Counted from the stretch's first letter, positions 1 through 12,848 are shown. The stretch is 64,000 nucleotides of DNA from Dendrobates tinctorius (GCF_039654945.1 NW_027361716.1:19902001-19966000), one strand, 5' to 3'. The notes: a model not told the origin generated them from the sequence alone. Numbers and translations are program-made.

Positions 1-2053
1 GGGCTCTAACATGCCCGGGCTTGTTTCAATTGTTTTATCTTGGTTCTCGCCTGTTCACACTTTTTAATCTCAGTTCGTGTTAGCTCGTCATATTCAACAG
101 TTTCCCAAAATTAGCATTATGGCTCTGCGGAAGTGTATTAATTGGCCTGACAGTTTCTGTTACATTTGTGGTGAATATACAGTGTTGAAGCAACAGCTGA
201 ATATTACAGACTTTGTGAAAAAAGTATACTTCGCATATTTCGTACTAAAGCTTGGAGATCAAGGTAAAGCTTGGGCGCCTAATAAAGTGTGCAAACGGTG
301 TGTTTAGGACCTCCGAAATTGGTTCAAGGGTAAGAAAAAAGCTTTCCGTTATGGGATTCCTATGGTATGGCGAGAGCAAAAGAACCATAGTGACGATTGT
401 TACTTTTGTTCATGCGATGTGAAAGGGTATAATTCAGAATGGAAGCATTCCATTTCATACACCAATATTCACTCAGCAATTCGCCCCATCCCCCATGGCA
501 CAGATATACCAGTACCCAAGGCCCCTGCTACCTTGGAAGAGATAACTAGCTCCGATGAAGGTGGAGTCATACCTGAACCAGATGATGAATCAAGTTCTGA
601 CTTTGAAGATGATACAAGACCAAAATTGTTTTCCCAGGAGATGAATGATTTGGTAAGAGACTTGAATCTTCCCAAAGATGCCGCTGAGTTACTCGGATCA
701 AGGCTCAAAAGCAAGAATTTATTGTTGCCAGGAGTGTCTTTTTCATGGTTCAGACATCGTGAAGACGAGTTCGTTCCTTACTTTGCCCAGGAAGAAAAGT
801 TGGTTTATTGCATCGATGTCGAAGGTTTGATGTGTCAATTCAAAATCCAATATGATTCAGCGCAATGGCGTCTTTTTATAGATTCTTCAAAAAGAAGTCT
901 CAAAGTAGTTTTACTCCACAATGGCGTTTTTTTTGCTTTCATCCCTGTAGGTCATTCCGTACACCTCAAGGAAACCTACGAGAACTTGGAATTGGTTCTT
1001 CGTAAACTTAAATATGAAGACCACGGTTGGCAAGTGTGCGGGGATTTGAAAGTCTTATGCATGCTGCTCGGGCAACAAGCTGGGTATACCAAATACCTTT
1101 GTTTTCTGTGTCTATGGGACAGTCGAGACCGACAAAATCACTGGACCAAGAAGAATTGGCAGCCGAGGGTGCTCTCAGTTGGTGAAAAAAATGTCCTCTG
1201 AGAAACTTTGGTTCCTCCCCATAAAGTTCTTCTACCACCTCTCCACATCAAATTGGGATTGATGAAGCAATTTGTAAAATCACTTCCAAAAGATGGAGAA
1301 TGCTTCAAATACTTGGTCACCAAGTTTCCAGGCCTCTCGGAGGCAAAATTGAAGGAAGGTGTGTTGTGTTGTGTCGGACCAGACATTAGAAGGCTTATAG
1401 CTGATCAAGAGTTTATCAATACCATGACGCATCCTCAAAAAGAAGGGTGGATTGCATTTAAAGAGGTCGTAGAGAAATTTTTAGGCAATAACAAAGACCC
1501 TGACTACAAAAAAATCATCGGACGAATGCTGAAAGCATTTCAAGCTTTAGCTTGCCTGATGAGTTTGAAAGTGCATTTCCTCTATTCCCACCTTGACAAC
1601 TTTCCTGAAAATTTGGGAGCTGTGAGTGAAGAGCAAGGTGAACGATTCCACCAGGACATTAAAGAGATGGAAAGAAGATACCAGGGAAGATGGAGCATTA
1701 CAATGATGTCAGACTACTGTTGGACGCTTCAGAGAAACATTACAGATGCTACTCACAAGCGTAAATGTACCAAGAGAAGCCTCACAGGGAAGAATCAATT
1801 TTAGTGTGCGTTAGTGAGTTCATTGCAGTTAAAAAAATGATTTTCATGAAACATTTGTAATAAAAAATTAATTTTATGAGGCTATTTTCATTTATTTTGA
1901 GGTATTTTCTTATTTAACATAGTTACTTAAATTGTCAGAAAACGTGATGTCCTATGACAAAACGGAGGTCATTTTCGGATTCAGCGCACTCAAAGACATA
2001 AAGATTACGTGGAATAACCAAAACAGCTCTTGAACAAAAATTTTTTGCAGACC
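1..2053 (+). mobile_element. Chapaev3-like DNA transposon; left end outside window, right end approximate
   Basis: Transposase followed by an AT-rich 3' region ending near ttttttgcagacca; terminus appears degraded. Confidence 0.6.
119..1804 (+). pseudogene. Chapaev3-type (CMC/Transib/RAG1-related) DDE transposase with two premature stops
   Basis: ORFs 77-307, 362-1201 and 1208-1804 share one frame, broken only by TAG 305-307 and TGA 1199-1201. N-terminal FCYICG..C..C and DDCYFC zinc motifs. LFIDSS, CGDLK..CFLC, PPLHIKLG and KVHFLYSH..SEEQGERFHQ parallel the RAG1 core motif order. Confidence 0.8.
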
Positions 2054-2085
2054 ATCAGGTGGATGAATCACTTCCTGGATCAACT

Positions 2086-2382
2086 CATTTAAAAAACGCA
2101 TGCGTATAGAAGCATGTGCTTACGTATGTCCTTGCATACGCATGCGTTCCCATAGACAGTAATGCGCATATTTGACAGATTTTTTCCGCTTCCAAAAGTC
2201 CAACATGATGCGTTCGCCGGAACCCGCCGCATATCGAAAAGCAACGCATGCGGACGCTGACGCATGCGAACTGATGCAAACGCATGCGCCTGCATCCATC
2301 ATGTTAAAGATAGGGAAACATGACGCATACCGATTGCTGCGGATTACACGGTGCGCAAACAGACGCTAATGTGAAAGCAGCC
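2086..2382. mobile_element. Harbinger-type MITE, right part
   Basis: cgcatgcg palindromic repeats, ending gctaatgtgaaagcagcc followed by TAA. Confidence 0.6.
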
Positions 2383-2389
2383 TAAGTTG

Positions 2390-3650
2390 GGCCTGTCCAC
2401 CATTTTCCTTGGTAATGCCTAACTTAGGACTGTCAACTCTAGGGGGCGCATTCTCAACATCATTACCTTGGACACACATTAACTCTACAGACACTGTTTC
2501 CTTTATCCACCAGTCCCACAGGGCTTCCAAGTCCCGACCTATTACCATAGTATACAGAAAGTCCGGGACTAGCGTCACTTCGTAGTACGTGGACATCTCA
2601 GTCGCATCAATGTAGAGGTAGACTGTCAAAGGTCTTTTATCGTCCCCACTGGAGCCATTCACTCTCGGCCCCGTCCCAGGCAACCCAGAATGTTGAGGAG
2701 GGGTCCTCAGCAAAGACACTCCACTCCCCGGGTCTATCAGTCCCATCACCCATTCTTAATCCATCCAGAAGGGGCACTGTCATGTCAGTTCATTGACCAA
2801 GCTATCCACAGCATAGCATGGACCTGCTTAGCAGGAACTTCACTGCCCCCAGCTACAGTCCAAAGGCTCATTTGCTGGCCCCCTTTTGGGACTCCACCCC
2901 CATTTGGGTCACCGCCCCCTTTCGGAACTCCACCCCTTTTGGGCAACCATCCCTGCTTGGGTCACCATCCCCTTTTTGGACAACACCCCTTTTAGGGACA
3001 CCACCCCTCTCTGGGGTACACCCCGTGGACAGGCACTCTCAAGTCCCAGTTCACACAGTACACTATTATTTCTCTGGGCTTGCACTGGCCCTTTAAGAGT
3101 TTGTACGATCTGGACCTCCGATGTCCTCTTACACCTCACCAGCTCCTGATGGCACTGCCACAGCTCCTACTGCAGCCACTGACTCTCTTGGCACCTCCGG
3201 CTGCCAGTCACACGCCGCTGCTGCTGCTCCTGCAGCCGCTCTGCCAGGGTCTGTCCAGCTTTGCAAAGCTCCGCACGGCTCTGTACAGCGAGGCTATGCA
3301 CTGCTCTGCCCAGCTCTACACCGCTCTGCACGTCTCCGCAAAGCTCTGCAAAGCTCCAAGTGGCTCTGCACACCTTCAGATGGTCATTCAGGACCTTACA
3401 ACTCTGAAAATCATGTGACCCAAACCATGGTCACATTATGTAGCTGAAACCACCCCCATAGAGTGTGGGAGGTATGTGTGGTTAGTCAGTCCCGCCCAGC
3501 TCTCCAGTTAACCCTGTAAGCCCCCCTTTATAAACACATATTGTAGAACTAGAGGTCCCAGAGTAACATTACTGGCTTACAGCGCAGAGGACCCCCCTCC
3601 TCTGTGACACTTACCGGCCATTTACAACAATGCCGGTCACTGTCTCTCAA
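2390..3650 (-). mobile_element. Degenerate Gypsy-like LTR retrotransposon fragment (gag/protease region)
   Basis: Minus ORF 2366-2749 has an aspartic-protease-like GLIDPGSGVSLL..MVIGRD; Gln-rich gag-like stretch 3167-3373; ~18-bp tandem repeats 2880-3025. Confidence 0.45.
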
Positions 3651-4167
3651 TATGTATATAAATAAATGAAAAATATATTTTTACATTTTTTATAGTATAC
3701 ACATATATTATTTTGGGCTCTTTTGGGGCATTTTTGCAATATTATTTCTCCCTAATGGGTATATTAGGGGAAAAATACTATTTTTGTTAAAACATGCTCC
3801 ATTATTTTGATTCAGCTGCTATTATTAATTATTCACTATTATTTATTGTAATAAAAATCTTTTTTAATTCACTACTTTTCTTATTGGTCTTTATTGCAAA
3901 TTTTTTTTTATTTGATCCTGTTATAGGAATAAGAAAACCTTTTTCTTCACATCAGTCTACAGGGACAATAGAAATACATTGCTATATCTATAATGCATCT
4001 CTGTGGACATGTATAACCTGCTTCTGGGTTATGAGATAGAGGTCAAGATGACCAAATTTTCCTTACTACATTATTATAAACTGTGGCTGAATTCAGGACG
4101 GTTGGAAGATATGCCGTAGGTTATTCACTTATTCCTTAGTTCCATAAAAAGCAGCGCTGAGGAATAA

Positions 4168-5018
4168 GGGTACGCGCCCATGGTCAGTAAATGCTGCGGG
4201 ATGGACGCTGCGTACATCTGCAGTGTCCAATCCGCAGCAGCCAGATGTTACAGCATAGTGGATGGGATTTCAAGAAATCCCATCTCCACTATGCATGCAT
4301 TGGCACCTTTGGCTTCCCTGCAGAGACGGACATGCGGATGTCTTTCCAGACCACAGCATGTCTATTTATCTTGCGGAGACGCTCAGTCTCCGCAAGATAA
4401 AATTACAATGTATTGGACGCGGTGATTCCGTATGGTTCAATGAACACAAGCGGAATCACCTGCATTCAAAAGCCAGCAGCCCAACTCCAGTCCTCCAGAA
4501 CCACCAACGGCCTTTCCTGGGCAGCCGCGGGCTGCTGTTTTTTAGGCTGGGGGGGGCAAGATCAACAGCCCCCAGCTGTTAGTTTTGCCGGGTTGGTTCA
4601 CAAACAGAGGGGGACCCCACGTCGGTTTTTTTTTCATTCATTCTCTGCTGCTCGCTGTTGCCGGCAGAGCAGGAGAGAAGAATGACAGCCGAGTTCAGCA
4701 CCAGCCGTCTGGGAACAGCGGCTTATAAAAGCGCTTCTTCCCCGGCGGCCGTCCGTGAACATGGAGGACAGTGTGAACTGTTCTCCGTGTGCCGTATTAA
4801 GCACGTTTTGCGGACCGTGCGCTCCTATAAACACTGACATGTCTCCGTGTTTTTCACACGGACCGTATGTCCGGGAAAACACGCTCACATGTGCAGAGAC
4901 ACATTCATTTGAATGGGTCTACGTATGTCAGAGTCACCGGTACGTGACAAAACTGTGACTACACGTACCGGAGCCACTGACGTGTGAAACCGGCCTTAAA
5001 CTCAGTGTGGGCAAACCC
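4168..5018. mobile_element. Composite Harbinger-type MITE(s)
   Basis: TAA|gggtacgcgccca ... tgggcaaaccc|TAA; an internal second MITE end gtgtgaaaccggcc|TTA at 4995. Confidence 0.55.
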
Positions 5019-5021
5019 TAA

Positions 5022-5178
5022 GGGTAGGTGAACACATGTACAAACCACAACGTTTTTCAGGAAGAAAGTCTCCTCAAGAATGGACGGTTCTGCTTCAGAT
5101 CTGGCCAAAAGACGCTCAAAAGACTGAACATGTGTAAAGGTAAAACACTGACCACATACCGTACGTGTGAACGTGGCC
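5022..5178. mobile_element. Short Harbinger-type MITE abutting the previous one
   Basis: TAA|gggtaggtgaacac ... gtgtgaacgtggcc|TAG; imperfect TIRs. Confidence 0.45.
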
Positions 5179-5599
5179 TAGGGACAGTTTGGGAGGAGTA
5201 ATAACGAGGCTGAAGTTGGTTTCTTATTCGGCAATTCTTTCTGTTCTGTTTTTATAGGTTTAACAACAAAAAATCATCATCACAATAATTACATACAATG
5301 CAGCGAGGAGCCCTGATGTGAATACACCTAAAAACAGCTACAAAAACTATAAAACACACAAAAATGGGCACCGAAGGGCGTTAATGAAAGGGTTAAATGA
5401 CTATGGACCACTGATATCACACTGCAGACATATAGAACCCAGGTCCCTCCAGCCTGGCCCAAATGGGAAGTTTCTGCTGGAAGCCCCCGTGTGCGCAGCC
5501 CCTCACACTACACCGGACCACACACAGTTAATAGGTTTCTTTGTTTTTTATCTCAAGCAATTTTCACAGCCCGCACGGCCCCATAATAACTCCATGTTC

Positions 5600-5845
5600 C
5601 CAGCACCTCTGTGTTAGTAGCCATAGTTACGGCAGGGCACTGACTTCACTGACTTCGGTACGACACGGTGCCAGCTCTCAGCCAGGATGCGGATGACACC
5701 GCGCTGTGACCGGGAGCCCAGGAATTCGCACACGTGCGCCGCACACACTGTATTGACATGTGACGTCACCGGGCCCGCCCCCAGGTGGTAGAAGAGATGC
5801 GGACGCTCCGCCTCCCGCCTAGTCTGGCTGCTCTGCTGGGACGGG
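5600..5845 (+). promoter_or_regulatory. CpG-rich DEPDC7 promoter/5'UTR
   Basis: E-box CACGTG 5731-5736, full CRE TGACGTCA 5761-5768 and GC box CCCGCCCC immediately upstream of ATG 5846. Confidence 0.7.
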
Positions 5846-5918
5846 ATGGCCACGGTACGGGAGAAAGCGCAGGCGCTGAGCCTGTGTACATCCTACAGCC
5901 CGGCACAGAGACCGCCAG
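5846..5918 (+). CDS. DEPDC7: DEP domain-containing protein 7, coding exon 1
   Basis: Encodes MATVREKAQALSLCTSYSPAQRPP(G), resembling the recalled human N-terminus [25 protein letters not shown]; 73 nt, donor AG|GTACGG, phase 1. Not in the ORF track. Confidence 0.92.
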
Positions 5919-5924
5919 GTACGG

Positions 5925-6128
5925 CTGTGTGTGGCTATATACTGTGTGACTAGATACTGTGTGAGGAGCCTATATACTGTGTGACTATATACTGTGTGAC
6001 TATATACTGTGTGAGGAGCCTATATACTGTGTGACTATATACTGTGTGACTATATACTGTGTGACTATATACTGTGTGAGGAGCTGCTGTGTGTGGTGAC
6101 TATATACTGGGTGAGGAGCCTATATATT
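5925..6128. repeat. Tandem repeat (tatatactgtgtgac / tatatactgtgtgaggagcc)
   Basis: About 11 units of 15-20 bp visible directly. Confidence 0.9.
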
Positions 6129-6615
6129 GGGGGCTGGCCTGCTGGGTGTAGGTGCCTATGTGTTGGGGGGGGGGGGGGGGGGGCTGGCCTGCTGGGTGTA
6201 GGTGCCTATGTGTTGGGGGGGGGGGGGGGGGCTGGCCTGCTGGGTGTAGGTGCCTATGTGTCGGGGGGGGGGGGGGGGGGCTGGCCTGCTGGGTGTAGGT
6301 GCCTATGTGTTGGGGGGGGGGGGGGCTGGCCTGCTGGGTGTAGGTGCCTATGTGTTGGGGGGGGGGGGGGGTGCTGGCCTGCTGGGTGTAGGTGCCTATG
6401 TGTTGGGGGGGGGGGGGGGGGGTTCTGGCCTGCTGGGTGTAGGTGCCTATGTGTTGGGGGGGGGGGGGGGGGGTGCTGGCCTGCTGGGTGTAGGTGCCTA
6501 TGTGTTGGGGGGGGGGGGGGGTGCTGGCCTGCTGGGTGTAGGTGCCTATGTGTTGGGGGGGGGGGGGGGGGGGCTGGCCTGCTGGGTGTAGGTGCCTATG
6601 TGTTGGGGGGGGCTG
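6129..6615. repeat. G-rich minisatellite (ctggcctgctgggtgtaggtgcctatgtgtt + poly-G)
   Basis: About 10 units of 45-50 bp with long G tracts. Confidence 0.9.
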
Positions 6616-7105
6616 CCCTGCTGTCTCGCTTCCTTCTTGGGCAGGACGGTCTCCAGTGTGATGCGCCGCTCCAGTATATCCCGCGGGCAGCGTCCTTCCC
6701 GGCAGCCGCCTGTAGCTGTGCCCCGCGCCGTCTCTGCGCTGTCCCGCCGCCGTTTGTGCGCTCGGAGGATCGCGGTGTCAGGCGGCCCGGTGCGGGGAGC
6801 TGTGCCGGCTGCAGGTGTGATGCCTCAGCCCTGGAATGTGGCTGGAGCCGCGTACAGTCGGTGCTCGCCTCCGGTGTGCTGTGCCGTCCTGGGCTCACCT
6901 CCGTACAGGACGTTCTGTGCGCTGTGTCGCTGGGATTCTTTCCATATGGTACAAGTCGCTGCGGCTCTGCGACTCCCATATATACTGACAAAGGCAGATG
7001 GGTGAGACAAGCCTTGTCTGCAAGGTGTGACTGTGCACGGAGTCGCTGGGTAGTTGAGATCCACAGCCGGCCGACTTGTAATGCGGTTCTGGCCACACAG
7101 GGTAA

Positions 7106-7472
7106 GGCTGTGTGCACACGCTGCGGATTTTGCTGCGGTTCCGCAGCGGTTTTGGCCGCTGCGGACCCGCAGCAGTTTTTGCTGCGGTGTACAGTACCAT
7201 GATTCCCTATGGGAATCAAAAACCGCAGTGCAGACGGTGCGGAATCTTCTGCGCGGATTATCTGCGGTTTTCAATCCGCAGAAAGAATTGACATGTCAAT
7301 TCTTTCTGCGGATTCTCCTGCGGTTTGCCATCTCCTCCATTGAGGAGATGAAAAACCGCAGGGCAAAACCGCAGAGCAATCCGCAGGTAAAACCGCAGGT
7401 CTTTTGACCTGCGGATTTTAAAAAATCCGCGCGGATGAATCCGCACATAATCCGCAGCGTGTGCACACAGCC
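7106..7472. mobile_element. Harbinger-type MITE
   Basis: Perfect TIR ggctgtgtgcacacgctgcggatt; TAA on both sides. Confidence 0.9.
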
Positions 7473-7663
7473 TAAAGCCAGTGACCGCTGTGGAACGTGT
7501 GCCGCTCTCCAGTGTCCTGTCCTACAAGATCATGGTGGCAGAGGCCCACAAGCTCCTTCTATGCCTGCCTCCCTCTCTGCTGGTGGAGAGTAGGGGGCTA
7601 CTGCAGGCAACTAGAGACATCTGGAGGGGAGGGGGTATATGTAGTTCTGTACTTGGTAGTTAA

Positions 7664-8057
7664 AGGTACTGTCACACTTAGCGATGTACCAGCGATCCCA
7701 ACCAGCGATATGACGCGGTCAGGATCGCTGGTACATCGCTAAGTGGTCGCTAGTGAGCTGCCACGCAGGCAGATCTCACTAGCGACATTGCTGGGGACGG
7801 GGGTCGCTACTTACCTGTCACACCAGGCGATCCTGCGTCCTCCCGCCCGGCTCCACGCGTCGCTTGTCCTCACAGCAGGAAGCGCTGCAGGAAGCTGACG
7901 ACGAGAAACAGTCCAGCCTGTTCTCGCACGATCAGCGATAACCAGCAGGGGAGCGGGTTGTATGTAAGTATCACACACAGCGATATCGCTAGCAATATCA
8001 CCATAACGTCACAAGTTATAGCGATATTGCTAGCGATATCTTAGTGTGACATGCCCT
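7664..8057. mobile_element. MITE (Kolobok/T2- or Harbinger-type), copy 1
   Basis: TTAA|aggtactgtcacact ... agtgtgacatgccct|TTAG; near-identical inverted copy at 49339-49730. Confidence 0.8.
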
Positions 8058-8523
8058 TTAGAAGCGTTTATCCCACTTCTGCCGATCCCAGAGAAGTCCT
8101 TAATGTTGGCTATTTGTTATCGATGCTGTGGAGTAATAGAACTGGTGTTGTTCTCTGGGATCCTAGCACAGACATGGGAGTCGGGGCTGTTACATTGCGT
8201 CCACGGCAGAACAGTGTGGGTGGGTCGCCTTCCCAGGGCTATTGGGTACTCGGTACCAGGCCGGTATCAGCGGGATGTGTCACAGTAGCAGTGACCCAGA
8301 CCATGGCCCTGGGCGTCCAATTAATAGGGGATGTTGTGAATAGTGGAATGTAGTTAAATGAATAGTTCATGACGCCACCTGTGGTGTTCGGCAAGGGAGG
8401 TGTTAAGCCGACTCTGCAGACAGATCCTCTGGGACAGATGGTGTGGTGCAGCAATGATGTTATAGCCCTCCACAGGCAGGGCTGTTGTCCCAGGGCAGAG
8501 TAGGTGTAGTGACACTTAGATGT

Positions 8524-9227
8524 CAGTGGCGTAACTACCGGGGTAGCAGCCGAAGCGGTTGCTTTGGGGCCCGGCCCATATAGTGGCCCGGGTCCCCGAC
8601 TCTGATCGGCGCTACCCGGTAGTGCAATGAAGTGCAGCGGCGCTCCAGCAGGTGCTGTGGCCAACGGTGCCTTGGGGGGCCCACCGGCCCCCAGCGCCGA
8701 CGCCCCCCCCCCCCCCCCCCCCCGCGCCATCGCAATGATGGAGGAGAGCGTTAGCTGACGCTCCCCCCTCCCATCATTCCCCGCTCTGCCTGTGACACAG
8801 CGGGTGCGCGATGTCATCGCGCTCTCACTGAGTGCCAGCCAGGCAGAGGAGCAGGAGACAGGAGCTGGGAGCAGTGCAGGCACGAGAAGGTGAGGATGGT
8901 TTTTTTTTCTTGTTTTTTTTTAATTAATATATTGTGTGCTGGACTGTGGGGCAATTCTCTGCAGGGGGGTGCTATGTATACCATGTGGGGCTGGACGCTA
9001 TGTATACCATGTGGTGCTGGGCCAGCAACTTTAAATATAAAATTATCAATGCTTAACTAATTTGATTGTATTGACGGAGTTACAGGATTAGGAATAATTG
9101 TTACATTATTTCTAATTCTGTTACTCAATGTGACTCTAGTATGCATTATCGGTAAGGGGGTGTGTCTTTGAGGGGGCCCCGTTTAAAAGTTTGCTATGGG
9201 GCCCAATCAGTTCTAGTTACACCCCTG
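8524..9227. mobile_element. Non-autonomous hAT element
   Basis: TIR cagtggcgtaacta / tagttacacccctg; 8-bp TSD ttagatgt/ttagatgg. Confidence 0.85.
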
Positions 9228-10428
9228 TTAGATGGTGTAGTGTCCGGCGCAGGGAACGTAGCAGTGCCAGGCGGACGGATGCAGGAAGGAATGGAGGACA
9301 CCAGGGCATGTAGTTCCAAAGCTTTACTCGCGGTCTGTAGTGCCCGCTTCTGTGCCGTGTCCTCCGGGTCAGGGACTCGGTCAACCTCCAGGAAAGATGG
9401 AATGCTCCCTTCCACGCTCCGCCAACTTATGTGCCTTTTCTGAACGTCTCCTCTATAGCGCCTTTAAGTGTGAAGATCTCCGAGTACTGAGTTACACTGG
9501 AGTTCCTCCTGACAGATGTTCCCAAGAACTCTACTTGTACGGCAGACAGCTGTAGCCTGCTTCGGGGACTCTCTACTCCTGAGTCCCGGCTCTCTATCTG
9601 TGTTGCTGTTGTGCCCTCAAGTCTTAGATGGGAGTAGTGCGTTTACAGCCCACTACTCCACCGGTGTCTGCTGTAGAACCATTAGTGTCCATACAACCTC
9701 GGGGACCGGGCCCCAGCCTTGCGCTTAGAACTTCTAGGCAGGGTTCTTCCTCTAACCCACGTCCTCTGTGTTCCCTTTTACTCCTACATTCTGTACTTGT
9801 CTTTCTCTCCTATGGAGGCTCAGGCTTCAGTTCAATGTCTTTCTCCTTCTTTCCTTTCCCGTGCCTGCTGGCTCAGGTCACTGAGGCAGCTGCAGCACTC
9901 ATTCCTCCATCCCTCTTCCAGGGATCCCCACTCCTCTCCGAGTGGCTTCCTGTCTCTCAGCCTCACTCACTGACTGAACGACTGACCTATAATCCTAAAC
10001 CATCCCGCTCTTTTATGTATTCTCAACTCCACCCACCTCCCAGCACATTTAGTGTTTCAAGCAGGGAACCGCCAAAGGTGCTCTGCCTCTCTAAGGCTAC
10101 TTTCACACATCAGGTTTTCGGCGTCAGGCGCGATCCGGCGTCATGCCGGAACGCCGGATCCGGCAAATGTTTAGTAAAACCGGATGTGACGGATCCGGTT
10201 TTCTGCCGGATCCGTCTTTTTCTTGACAGACAAAACCGGATCCGTCTCATCCGGTTCATCCGTTTTTCGACGGATTACGCCGGATCCGGTTTTTAAAATT
10301 GACCTTTGTGGCCTTCCGAACGGGATTGGCTACTGGAAAACTATATATAGAGTGTTCCTACAACCCTTCTTTGACAGGTTGTCGAGGAGAAAGTGCAGGT
10401 TGGAGAGAAGAGCAAGTTACTGGTGAAG

Positions 10429-11807
10429 ATGGATGTTGTCATTGGAAATATTTTGAAGAATTTGGCGGATTTTATAGCGGAGGCGAATCGTTTGAGGGTG
10501 ATTGTTCTGGAGAAGGAGAGAGCGAGACAGCAGCGCATCAGGCATCGTAGACGACGTTTGTGGATCCACCCCATCACAGCCAAGAGAATGACGCGTGGGG
10601 TCTATTCTACACTCTGCATGGACCTTCAACGAAACCCGGATAAATTTTTTGGATATGTTAGGATGAAAATGGAGAATTTTGATTACTTGGTGGAGCGCAT
10701 TGCACACCTCATAAGAAAAGCGGACACCTATTGCCGCTTCTGTTTCACCCGCAGAGCGTCTGATGGTGACTTTAAGGTAAGCCACATTTATTGGATGTGA
10801 TCGCATCAGAGCACACTTTCACTGCAATCTTGTTGGTGGTAGTTTGTATCTCCAAGTGTTATAGCTCAGTTTTGGTATGTAATGCTGTGATTTAAAACTA
10901 ATTTATTGTTTTTTAATTCCCCACAGATTTCTTGCAACTGGAGAATCCCTTTCGTCACTGCATTTCCAGTACAGACTCTGGATTTCCACCATATCTGGAA
11001 TTGTGAAGTACACATGCCGTGCACTGTGGGACTCCTTAGCTGAAGAGTTTTTACCAGAGCCCACAACAGAGAGGTGGATTGAAATTGCTGACAAGTTTCA
11101 ACAGATATGTCAGTTTCCAAACTGCTTGGGCGCTGTGGACGGGAAACATATCCGCATTGTAAAGCCAGCTGGATCGGGATCGGAATATTTCAATTACAAG
11201 AAATATTTTTCAATTGTCCTCATGGCCATCGCTGACGCGGAATACAAATTTATTGCGGTTGATATTGGGGCCTATGGCCGCTCCAATGACTCTCAAGTTT
11301 TCAAACTGTCTGCCATGGGGCGTAAACTGTATGGAAACACCTTCCAGTTCCCACCACCTAGACCGCTGCCGCAAACATCTGGTCCACCTATGCCATTTGT
11401 CTGTGTAGGGGATGAAGCCTTCCAGCTGTCAGAACACCTTTTGAAACCGTACTCTAGCAGAGGATTGACAAGACCAAAACGCATTTTTAATTACCGCCTC
11501 ACAAGAGCAAGAAGAATGGTTGAATGTACCTTTGGCATTCTGACAGCCAAATGGCGGGTCCTATTGACTGCGATCAACCTCAAGACAGAAACTGTGGACG
11601 AGGTGATCAAAGCGTGCGTGGTACTCCACAATTTTGTTATCTGCAAGGAACCCATTTCCATTGAGGACACCTCTGAAGAAACCACCTTGCAAGATTACCA
11701 GGACATTACCACTAGAAGTTCTGTGACGGTTTCAGTAATGAGGGACAATTTTGCACTATACTTTGTCACCTCAAGGCAGAGTACACTTGCAGGATGACAG
11801 AGTGTGA
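10429..11807 (+). pseudogene. Harbinger (HARBI1-like) DDE transposase, 2 exons (10429-10776, 10927-11807), frameshifted
   Basis: PAERLMVTLR|FLATGES joined across GT-AG intron 10777-10926; GAVDGKHI, YFNYK, GDEAF, RARRMVECTFG, CVVLHNF; frameshifts near 10745 and 11767; TATA-like 10342-10349. Confidence 0.9.
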
Positions 11808-12848
11808 AAGATTTGTGCCCTAACCAAACTTGTGTACCTTCTGTACCAACAGTATATACCTTTGCCAACCAAAGTTGGCTATCTTGTCATGGTCTCTATT
11901 TTTAGCTTTAGGCCACAGGTGTGTACCTGGTTGTGTTTTATGCAAAGTATTTCACCTTTTAACAAAAGTTGTGTACATTGTTAGGAAATCACCAACAATA
12001 AACACAACTTTTTAGGTGAAATACTTTGCTTCAAACACAACCAGGAACACAACTGTGGCAAAAAGCTAAAATTTACCCACAGTTATATACCTAGTTTTGA
12101 ATACCATTTCACCTTTTAAATACCCTGTATTTAACCTTTTTCGCCGCAGAAAGAAATGACAGACAACCAGTGTAAAATAATTTAACTTTTATTGAAAAAT
12201 GTTTTCCAGGACGTCCACCTGACAGCACTATGGAGGACGTCCTCCTCCTTCTTACAGGGACCGGAAAGCACACGAGAGGTTAAAAGGCCATGTCCCACCC
12301 CCTTTCCCTCAGTGTTTTTCCTGTTCCTGCACGGAGGGACACGTGAGAGCTTACCGGAGGGGCCCAGGGGATCGTGCGGCCGGTCCAATCCTTCCCCTGT
12401 CAAGAGGTCCCGGGGACGAAACTTCCCGGTGGGGAGTCCCTCGGCTCCAAAGGCCAGGAGCAGGACGACGCTCCTGGAGGGAGCCGTTCCTCCCGGTGGG
12501 GGGGCTCTCGGCTCCAGGACGGGTCGGCTCCCCGCAGGCGGCTGGCCATGCGGGCACCGACAGAAGTGGGCGCAATCGGCCGCGACGCCGAGTATCCGCA
12601 GGTCGACGCCGACGGCTGGGCAGTGGAGGCCGGAGCGCCATAGCAGGAATGGAGGCGGCTCCCTGCACGCGCCGAGCGCGGTCGCGCGCAGATGCCCGGC
12701 AGGAAGTGGAGGCGCGGCTTACCAGCGTCACATCCGGTGACGTCAGACGCCGGTTTCAAATCCAGGGCGCGCGCGCTCCTGGACCAAAGCGTTCTCCAGA
12801 GTCGTCACAGGTCGTTCCAGGCTGTGTGACTGCATCGGACGCCACGGG

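Noticed and set aside
5480-5700. Possible divergent first exon from a bidirectional promoter
   Set aside because: Only a weak minus-strand donor and CpG richness; no downstream exon identified.
6129-6615. Repeat-spacer pattern resembling a CRISPR array
   Set aside because: The 'spacers' are poly-G, the context is eukaryotic and there are no cas genes.
6093-7202. 369-aa Gly/Cys-rich ORF and overlapping ORFs
   Set aside because: Produced by the G-rich minisatellite and GC-rich intron sequence; no domain signature.
11003-11797. Domesticated HARBI1 gene
   Set aside because: Flanked by TIRs and a TSD and frameshifted; it is a transposon copy.
10927-11807. DEPDC7 exon 1 spliced to the transposase exon 2 as a fusion protein
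   Set aside because: Phase 1 donor versus phase 2 acceptor gives an out-of-frame product; DIRS gag acceptors (phase 0) also mismatch.
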